Source of the DNA: a virus
Taxonomy: Duplodnaviria > Caudoviricetes
Virus record (IMG/VR): IMGVR_UViG_3300024302_000014
Location: 1-53,048 of that record
Reading direction: 5' to 3' (one strand)
Length of the DNA stretch: 53,048 bases
In this document: positions 47,347 through 53,048 of the stretch, piece after piece
Layout: every line of letters begins with the position of its first letter
How positions within the stretch are numbered: the first letter of the stretch is position 1
Notes under the pieces: model-generated
The model's input: the letters and a program-made list of their open reading frames with translations, nothing else
Databases searched by the model: none
Told to the model about the DNA's origin: nothing
Made by a program: the position numbers and the translations under genes

Positions 47347-48237
47347 TTATTCTCCGTTATATTGCATTTCAACCATTTCATTATGTTTTTGCTGTTGAGC
47401 AAGACCCATTCTTGCTCCTTTCTTATTATCGGGTAAGTGTTTATCCTTTAGACTTATTGTCTCTTTGTAAACACCACCTTGAATCTTTTTATCGTAATAA
47501 CTTTGTACGTTCACACTTAAAGTCATTGCCTTCATTAAATGATTTTGAGCAACAGTTTGTGCCGCCATAATACTATTATCAATCTCAGATAATAGATTCT
47601 CAATATCAATTTCTTCTTCCTCTTCATCTTCTGACACTTCATCAGTATCATCGTCTTTTAATTCTGTTTTACTACTTAATGCATTCTTAACATTATCATC
47701 ATCCATTGCATCATATGCTTCTGCTGTTGGAATACCTTTTAATGTACTCAATAAAGCATCATTGTATCCAGGACAACTCGGATCTGACAATGCTGTAATA
47801 CAAGAATCGTCAAATTTATAACTATAAACAACAGAAGCATCAACAACAGAACCTGTGCCTTCGACTTCAATAGAACCATCCCCCCAATATTCTTGAGGAA
47901 CATTTGGTACACCAATCACTTTATTAATAGGTGTGCCCCCTGGTCTGCCACTCCAATCATCTGTCTCTCTAAAGATATATCCACCGTTCACAGCATCTTC
48001 ATTCTGCACGTGGACTTTCATATCATCTTCAGTATTCTTAATTGGTGTATATTGATAATACACACCGTTAACACTTAGGTTATTTGCTTCAGGAAACAAG
48101 TCAGGCATTCCCCAACTGCTACCATTTGCTGCAGCATTACCTGTTGTTCCGTATGTCCAATTAGAGTAAGAACAAGACGCCGAGAACAGTACTGCCAATG
48201 CCAGTAAGTAACTCAATCGGATCGATACCTTCATCAT
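47347..48237 (-). CDS. Exported protein with beta-rich N-domain, Cys pair and acidic linker (adhesin or tip-like?)
   Basis: Probable start 48237 with AAGGAGG RBS; signal peptide; CITALSDPSCPGY; acidic run DEVSEDEEEEEID. Confidence 0.65.
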   Translation of the reverse strand: MMKVSIRLSYLLALAVLFSASCSYSNWTYGTTGNAAANGSSWGMPDLFPEANNLSVNGVYYQYTPIKNTEDDMKVHVQNEDAVNGGYIFRETDDWSGRPGGTPINKVIGVPNVPQEYWGDGSIEVEGTGSVVDASVVYSYKFDDSCITALSDPSCPGYNDALLSTLKGIPTAEAYDAMDDDNVKNALSSKTELKDDDTDEVSEDEEEEEIDIENLLSEIDNSIMAAQTVAQNHLMKAMTLSVNVQSYYDKKIQGGVYKETISLKDKHLPDNKKGARMGLAQQQKHNEMVEMQYNGE

Positions 48238-48730
48238 CGTTACCCTCCTTAATAGGTTTTGCATCTACATCATTATCCCAAGCAATTCTAGCATCAGAAC
48301 CAATGATACCATTATACGGACAAGGTGTTCCTGCCATCAGCATAGCATCAAATACTCTAACGTCTTGGCATAGTACTGATACCGCGGCAACTTTCATTCC
48401 CATATCATATAATGTTTTTGCATTCTTTAGACGTTCACAGTTTAAATCTCTACTTGTTGTACCAGCACTTATACCAAGTATCTGTGTTTGAACAGCACCT
48501 GCTACACCAACAGTACAAGAATCTGAATTAGAACTACCATTGAATGTAGGTGTAATTGCAGAAGGGGGTGGAGACTTCACCGTAGTTGTCACGTCACCTG
48601 TCGAGTGTACTGTACTGCTTGTTGTTGAATCTGTTACAATAGGGTCTAATGCCACTACTTCCGAACCATAGAAAAATAGTGCTAAAACCAGTACTAACCA
48701 GGTCCACGCTATTTTCTCTTGTGACTGCAT
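48161..48730 (-). CDS. Exported or membrane protein with Cys-flanked beta-hairpin and C-terminal hydrophobic anchor
   Basis: Signal-like N-terminus; SCTVGVAGAVQTQILGISAGTTSRDLNC; LCQD..GTPCP; C-terminal LLTGIGSTVLGVLFLL. Confidence 0.7.
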   Translation of the reverse strand: MQSQEKIAWTWLVLVLALFFYGSEVVALDPIVTDSTTSSTVHSTGDVTTTVKSPPPSAITPTFNGSSNSDSCTVGVAGAVQTQILGISAGTTSRDLNCERLKNAKTLYDMGMKVAAVSVLCQDVRVFDAMLMAGTPCPYNGIIGSDARIAWDNDVDAKPIKEGNDDEGIDPIELLTGIGSTVLGVLFLL

Positions 48731-48731
48731 A

Positions 48732-49442
48732 TTAATACCCTCCTTTATGAGTTAAATATTTAGCCTGAATATACGCCTTTACTAAACCACTTCGAACAAT
48801 ATCTTCTGCTTGGAAGTGGTTGGTAGCAAACCATCTGGGCATCGAACTCAACACATCTACAAATTTACAAATGTTTTGATCTGATCTTTTTGTAAAATCA
48901 GTCTGCATAAAGTCTCCACAGAACAATGCAATAGAGTTCTGCCCTAATCGTGTTAATACGGAATCAGCCTCATGGGACGTACAGTTCTGAAACTCGTCCA
49001 TAATCAAGATGCAATTGTCTAAGGTTATACCTCTAACATAAGAAGTAATCATAAAACGTATTACACCATGCTTTATTAGAATTTCGTACGCGTCATCTCT
49101 CCCGAATAATTCTGAGCATATCTTCCTATAGGGTAGTTCGTAAACTTGAGATTTCTCTTCCAAGTTACCCGGTAAGAATCCTATATCACGCGTAGGAACA
49201 GCACTTCGTACTATTACCAACTGCTGGACGTCTCTTCCACCTGTCATAATGTCTTCGAATGCTTTATACATGCTAAGGAAGGTCTTACCCGTTCCTGGGA
49301 ACCCCATAACTAGTTGGGATCTACCCGTATCGTAGTTATCGAAAAAGCTTTGCTGTGCCTCAGTCATTGCCTCTATTGAACATAAGCTAAGATTAAGTTT
49401 TGCTATAGCGCTTGACGCTGTTATTTTTTTCTTTTTGGACAT
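48732..49442 (-). CDS. phoH: PhoH-like ATPase
   Basis: Walker A GFPGTGKT; RSAVPTRDIGFLPG; RGITLD; DEFQN; TRLG; GD..QTD; DIVRSGLVK. Confidence 0.95.
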   Translation of the reverse strand: MSKKKKITASSAIAKLNLSLCSIEAMTEAQQSFFDNYDTGRSQLVMGFPGTGKTFLSMYKAFEDIMTGGRDVQQLVIVRSAVPTRDIGFLPGNLEEKSQVYELPYRKICSELFGRDDAYEILIKHGVIRFMITSYVRGITLDNCILIMDEFQNCTSHEADSVLTRLGQNSIALFCGDFMQTDFTKRSDQNICKFVDVLSSMPRWFATNHFQAEDIVRSGLVKAYIQAKYLTHKGGY

Positions 49443-49445
49443 TAA

Positions 49446-50801
49446 TTAATAGTGTGAAACTACAAAGCTGAAGTCGCACGAAACACTGGGACCGCCTACG
49501 GTTGCAGGTGCGGCTGCTATAAGGTCGGCTATAGAAAAGGTTACGAAAGGGCCATTCAAGAACGCAGGTATTACAGCAGCAGCAGTTCCCGGCCCTGCAA
49601 ATCCTCCCATAACATCATAGGTTACCATCACCCCGTGTAAGCTTGAAAGCTGTGACATACCGTTTCCCATGCCTGCAGCACTAATTTCAATGCTTCCCAT
49701 ACCGTTATCTATAGCAGTCCATAGCATTCCTGTAGTACCTGGAGGGTTACCAATAAAGTTTACAGCTCCATTTACAAAGTCTACTACTAAGTTAGCGCGG
49801 TATGTAGTAGCTATAGGCGGCAACTCTCTTACCGTCATAGAATTTAATAGCGCGTCCCAAACCGCAGAACCGTTAGTCATTAGCCCTACTACTAAGGCTT
49901 GCTGCCACGCCGAACTACTAGTAGAAGTGCTAGAGTCCGCTGGGTCGAACACCCAAGGGACAACATCTACAGTACCAGAGGAAACCGCCGTATCGGTAAG
50001 TCCTATCATAGTGTTAGACCCAGCAGGACCGGTAGCCCCGTCATTTCCAGCAGGACCGGTAGCTCCGTCACTTCCAGCAGGACCGGTAGCCCCGTCACTT
50101 CCAGCAGGACCGGTAGCCCCGTCACTTCCAGCAGGACCGGTAGCCCCGTCACTTCCAGCAGGACCGGTAGCTCCGTCACTTCCAGCAGGACCGGTAGCCC
50201 CGTCATTTCCAGCAGGACCGGTAGGACCGGTAGGACCAGCAGGACCAGCACTTCCTGTAGCTCCGTCATTTCCAGCAGGACCTTTCCCGCCTTCATCGTC
50301 TACAAAGTCTGTTTCGGAGTACATACTAGGAGTAGCTATGTCGGAGAAGCCAATATCAGTTAGGAACTCAGTCCAATGATATAGAGCAGGGTTATATGAA
50401 GCGTCCGCAGGGTCACATAATGGATCTCCTGGGTAGTACGCGGTTAGTGCAGCAATCAGGTAATTTTCGTCCGGGTACGTACCTGGTACTACTCTAGAGT
50501 CCGCTAAGATTCCTGCAGGGGTGACTCCCGACACCTTCTTAGCAATCCTAACCTCTCCTGCAGAAGTAATGGCAATCTTATGCTCATCTCCAATAAATAG
50601 GGAGTTAGTTGATACGAAAAGGTCTTTTACTTTCTTAGAGGCTGTTCCTATAGTGAGTGTGTCGTCTCCTGAAGGAACTAAATTACCTGCTGAGTCCTCT
50701 GACCAATTAGATAGTGATCTATCGTTTAACTCACTAAAGTTATTGTCCATTTCGGCATGAGATAGCTCTATGCCTTTACCAATTCGTGTTACTATTGCCA
50801 T
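49446..50801 (-). CDS. Collagen-like fibre protein
   Basis: N-terminal [17 protein letters not shown] virion-anchor motif; Gly-X-Y tract of GPAG[SN]DGAT repeats. Confidence 0.8.
   Translation of the reverse strand: MAIVTRIGKGIELSHAEMDNNFSELNDRSLSNWSEDSAGNLVPSGDDTLTIGTASKKVKDLFVSTNSLFIGDEHKIAITSAGEVRIAKKVSGVTPAGILADSRVVPGTYPDENYLIAALTAYYPGDPLCDPADASYNPALYHWTEFLTDIGFSDIATPSMYSETDFVDDEGGKGPAGNDGATGSAGPAGPTGPTGPAGNDGATGPAGSDGATGPAGSDGATGPAGSDGATGPAGSDGATGPAGSDGATGPAGNDGATGPAGSNTMIGLTDTAVSSGTVDVVPWVFDPADSSTSTSSSAWQQALVVGLMTNGSAVWDALLNSMTVRELPPIATTYRANLVVDFVNGAVNFIGNPPGTTGMLWTAIDNGMGSIEISAAGMGNGMSQLSSLHGVMVTYDVMGGFAGPGTAAAVIPAFLNGPFVTFSIADLIAAAPATVGGPSVSCDFSFVVSHY
50020..50283. repeat. 27-bp coding tandem repeat (collagen GPAG[SN]DGAT)
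   Basis: Seven tandem near-identical units of CCAGCAGGACCGGTAGC(C/T)CCGTCA(C/T)TT plus one offset copy. Confidence 0.9.
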
Positions 50802-50859
50802 GTTTTCCTTTTTTGTTTAATGTCAGAGCACTACCAACGCTAAGAATCCCCGATTATCC

Positions 50860-51048
50860 TTAGTGTAGGGTAGGTCTCTGAACCTCTGTGAAGCTTAAAT
50901 GTCCGTACGTGAAAAGAAGTCCATTGCATAAGTTAGACACACCTTCGTCTTCTATTTCCAGATCTTTATCTGCACAATAGTCTAAGTGTTCTTCGCATAT
51001 AGCAGCTAGACTGTCTAGCCAGTTCTTCTCGTCCGTAGTTATTTTCAT
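50860..51048 (-). CDS. Hypothetical 62-aa protein
   Basis: ATGA overlap with the upstream gene; same orientation as the operon. Confidence 0.55.
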   Translation of the reverse strand: MKITTDEKNWLDSLAAICEEHLDYCADKDLEIEDEGVSNLCNGLLFTYGHLSFTEVQRPTLH

Positions 51049-51422
51049 TTAACTGCTTCTGTTCCTATTAGCATCAATTTCTTCTCTATACGTGTTAGAG
51101 CCTTTTCGATGAACAAAAATGAACTTTCAATGCGCACTACTCTTTCGGTAATATCTAAGTGTCGCTTGTTGTCCATTTCCATATATACTTTCTCACGGGC
51201 AGCTATAAAGTTCTGAACCTCAGTCTCGACGACATAAGGTTCTTGCTGTAACTGTCTGAGGTCTTGGTGAACCCCCGCTGCCCACCATATAACTGTAAAT
51301 GTTTGTACCAGTAAGGCAAGTATAATGCCTGCGGGTACTTTCTTTGAGGACCCGCATCCTTCATCACATCGTTGTTCTAATCTACCTAGCTGTGCTAGTA
51401 TTTCATTTGTTGTTTCCGACAA
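51045..51422 (-). CDS. Single-TM coiled-coil membrane protein (holin or XhlA-like?)
   Basis: TTG start; TM GIILALLVQTFTVIWWAAGV; C-terminal RVVRIE...LTRIEKKL heptads. Confidence 0.55.
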   Translation of the reverse strand: MSETTNEILAQLGRLEQRCDEGCGSSKKVPAGIILALLVQTFTVIWWAAGVHQDLRQLQQEPYVVETEVQNFIAAREKVYMEMDNKRHLDITERVVRIESSFLFIEKALTRIEKKLMLIGTEAVK

Positions 51423-51426
51423 AATA

Positions 51427-51891
51427 TCATCCCTCTTTTAAAAGCTTTTGCATCAGCTCTCCGTAATTGCCAGATCCGAAAGGGGTCTCATTGATCTGTA
51501 CATTTGTTTGTTGTTTTATTTGGCTATGTTCCGCCTTTACTAGCTCGGTTTGAGCCTTTAGTTCTTCCATACGCATCTTGTGGGCTAAAGCCAGCAAGTC
51601 TGCTATATCTTTATTAGAGCCCATTTCTGACTCGTCAAGTTCTTCCAGTTTTTGTTCAATTATGCCATCTAAAGCCGAGGCAAGTTTAAACTTATTACGA
51701 TATCCTACATCCATAAAGACTGTATCAACATACCTCTTGACTTCTTTTTTGGCAAGGTACGTTGTTACTTCTTGCTCACTGATGCCCAGGTCTCCTGCAG
51801 TGTCTGCTATGTTCATGGATTTCAGGTAAGCTTCAGCCACAGAAAGTGCTTCGGGGGCAATTTGCGTAACTAAAGCTGGTTGATCGGTCAT
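51427..51891 (-). CDS. terS: Terminase small subunit (T5-like)
   Basis: PEAL.VAEAYL...EVK.Y...FMD.GYRN...KLEELDESEMGS.KDI.D.L..AHKMRMEE...QTNVQ...NY matches the T5 TerS pattern. Confidence 0.9.
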   Translation of the reverse strand: MTDQPALVTQIAPEALSVAEAYLKSMNIADTAGDLGISEQEVTTYLAKKEVKRYVDTVFMDVGYRNKFKLASALDGIIEQKLEELDESEMGSNKDIADLLALAHKMRMEELKAQTELVKAEHSQIKQQTNVQINETPFGSGNYGELMQKLLKEG

Positions 51892-51917
51892 TTTATTTCT
51901 CCAAAATATATCTGACT

Positions 51918-51957
51918 ATTATATCAAATTTCACCAAAAATGTCAAGCGTTATTTTT
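51918..51957 (-). promoter_or_regulatory. Consensus sigma70 promoter upstream of terS
   Basis: TTGACA (51946-51941), 17-nt spacer, extended -10 TGaTATAAT (TATAAT at 51923-51918); upstream AAAAATAAC. Confidence 0.9.
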
Positions 51958-52208
51958 ACCCAGGGGTGGAATAAATTTGAAAAATTTTTGGAGGTTAGCC
52001 TTAGGGGAGAAAAATTGGGGTAGTCTGTTTTTAATTGTGGGTGTACCATTGAAGCATCATTGGCTTCTCGCCTGCTCAGCTCGCGTCAATTAGTGCCTTT
52101 CTTGAAATAATTGAAAAGTTTACATGTGGGGGAGCCCAGCGAGACGTGGGTCATCTTGGTCTAATAACCCCCCTATTCGATAGGGTGGGGTAGGCTACCC
52201 CCGATTAT

Positions 52209-52310
52209 TTATTTCCACATGGTGAATCCATCTGAAATCCAATATGCCATAGCGAAAGCAAGAACAACACAACCTAATAAAACTAAAACTGGGACTGGGA
52301 TAAAAACCAT
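52209..52310 (-). CDS. 33-aa hydrophobic single-TM peptide (MVFIPVPVLVLLGCVVLAFAMAYWISDGFTMWK)
   Basis: Read manually; AAGGA RBS and its own promoter at 52343-52370; below the ORF-track length cutoff. Confidence 0.6.
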   Translation of the reverse strand: MVFIPVPVLVLLGCVVLAFAMAYWISDGFTMWK

Positions 52311-52342
52311 TTTCTTTTCCTTTTCTTATTTAATATATACAT

Positions 52343-52370
52343 ATTATACCACGAAAAACACACGATGCAA
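52343..52370 (-). promoter_or_regulatory. sigma70-like promoter for the small peptide
   Basis: TTGCAT, 16-nt spacer, extended -10 TGgTATAAT. Confidence 0.65.
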
Positions 52371-52406
52371 CACTTTATTTTATTTAATTTAATTTCACAA
52401 ATAGGC

Positions 52407-52434
52407 TTGACTTCCTTTCAAACTTCTGTATAAT
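52407..52434 (+). promoter_or_regulatory. sigma70 promoter for the A2-like gene
   Basis: TTGACT (52407-52412), 16-nt spacer, TATAAT (52429-52434); AT-rich upstream element. Confidence 0.75.
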
Positions 52435-52490
52435 GGTATTCAGAGGTTAAGCAAAGGGCGTAACCCAAAACTAGATAAGGAAATACTAAT

Positions 52491-52802
52491 ATGAATACTA
52501 CTGTTAAGAACTACACGAAAGAACAAGAGGCTCAAATGATGGCGGACTACTCACTAGAGCCAACACGCTCAACGGTTGATGCATTGGCGGAGGATATGGG
52601 TAAGAGCGTGAAATCAATCATCTCTAAACTTGTAACACTTAAGGTATATGTTAAGGCTGTTAAGGTAAGCAAATCAGGTAAGGAGGTTGTGCGAAAATCT
52701 GCACTGGTTGAGCAAATCAATTCACACTTTGGCTTTGAAATGCCATCTTTGGTTAAGGCAACAAAGGCGGACTTACAGAATATGGTGGATAATTTAGGAT
52801 AA
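52491..52802 (+). CDS. T5 A2-like pre-early DNA-binding protein
   Basis: LAEDMGKSVKSIISKL...Y...VRKSALV..I...SLVKATKADL resembles T5 A2; TAAGGA RBS; own promoter and terminator. Confidence 0.7.
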   Translation: MNTTVKNYTKEQEAQMMADYSLEPTRSTVDALAEDMGKSVKSIISKLVTLKVYVKAVKVSKSGKEVVRKSALVEQINSHFGFEMPSLVKATKADLQNMVDNLG

Positions 52803-52848
52803 TGTTTAACGAAAACCTCTGGCACTTAATCCATAGAAAATAAGGACT

Positions 52849-52870
52849 TCCCCGAAAGGGGATTTTTTTT
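52849..52870 (+). terminator. Rho-independent terminator
   Basis: TCCCC-GAAA-GGGGA followed by T8. Confidence 0.9.
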
Positions 52871-52888
52871 CGCCCACCAGATCCCAAA

Positions 52889-52909
52889 TGCGAATGATTC
52901 TCATTCGCA
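52889..52909. promoter_or_regulatory. 9-3-9 palindrome, Fur-box-like
   Basis: TGCGAATGA-TTC-TCATTCGCA; 13/19 match to GATAATGATAATCATTATC. Confidence 0.5.
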
Positions 52910-52918
52910 ACGCGCCAA

Positions 52919-53035
52919 AATCTATATTAGAATATTATAATATAATGATACTCTAATATGCGCCGATTTTACACTAAAAACAAGGCGATGTCAAATTTAT
53001 TTCGAAAATAAATTCAATCTATATTAGAATATTAT
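52919..53035. repeat. 20-bp direct repeat AATCTATATTAGAATATTAT
   Basis: Copies at 52919-52938 and 53016-53035. Confidence 0.85.
52966..52994 (-). promoter_or_regulatory. sigma70-like promoter between the direct repeats
   Basis: TTGACA (52994-52989), 17-nt spacer, TAAAAT (52971-52966). Confidence 0.6.
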
Positions 53036-53048
53036 TATATTAGGATAT

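Larger units (their letters stand above)
1..53048. mobile_element. Segment of a T5-like tailed phage genome (structural/late region plus start of pre-early region)
   Basis: T5-type TerS, TerL, nicking HNH, portal, protease/capsid, neck, tail tube and A2-like genes in T5 order; no cellular housekeeping genes or integrase seen. Confidence 0.95.

Noticed and set aside
1070-51829. Numerous plus-strand ORFs of 60-236 aa
   Set aside because: They are antisense shadows of long minus-strand genes, with low-complexity translations and no recognisable motifs
52547-52825. 92-aa minus-strand ORF
   Set aside because: Antisense to the A2-like gene, which has its own promoter, RBS and terminator
1-53048. 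Stop-codon reassignment, tRNA or rRNA genes
   Set aside because: Genes tile densely under the standard code using TAA, TAG and TGA stops; no cloverleaf or rRNA-like sequence noticed in the short intergenic gaps

Overview
The whole window is the virion-morphogenesis arm of a large T5-like (Demerecviridae-related) siphovirus, probably marine judging by its accessory gene families. Nearly all genes are on the minus strand. In transcription order (right to left) they are: TerS; a ~6.7 kb insert (membrane protein, collagen-like fibre, PhoH, a six-gene cassette of exported proteins, two holin-like genes); TerL; HNH nicking endonuclease; portal; an AAPK-repeat protein; a fused prohead protease-major capsid gene; T5-type neck, tail terminator and tail tube; tail chaperones joined by a -1 frameshift; a 2676-aa tape measure; a lambda-type tail tip (M-L-K-I-J); and a ~16 kb array of fibre and accessory structural genes. 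The right end holds a T5 A2-like pre-early gene, strong sigma70 promoters, a Fur-box-like palindrome and short repeats, suggesting the start of the terminal repeat or first-step-transfer region. The best candidate for an undescribed system is the 45.5-48.7 kb cassette between TerS and TerL. It looks like a phage-encoded pilin, PapD-like chaperone, beta-hairpin pore candidates and a membrane anchor, with no classical usher. All family assignments come from motif recognition by eye; no database searches were run.
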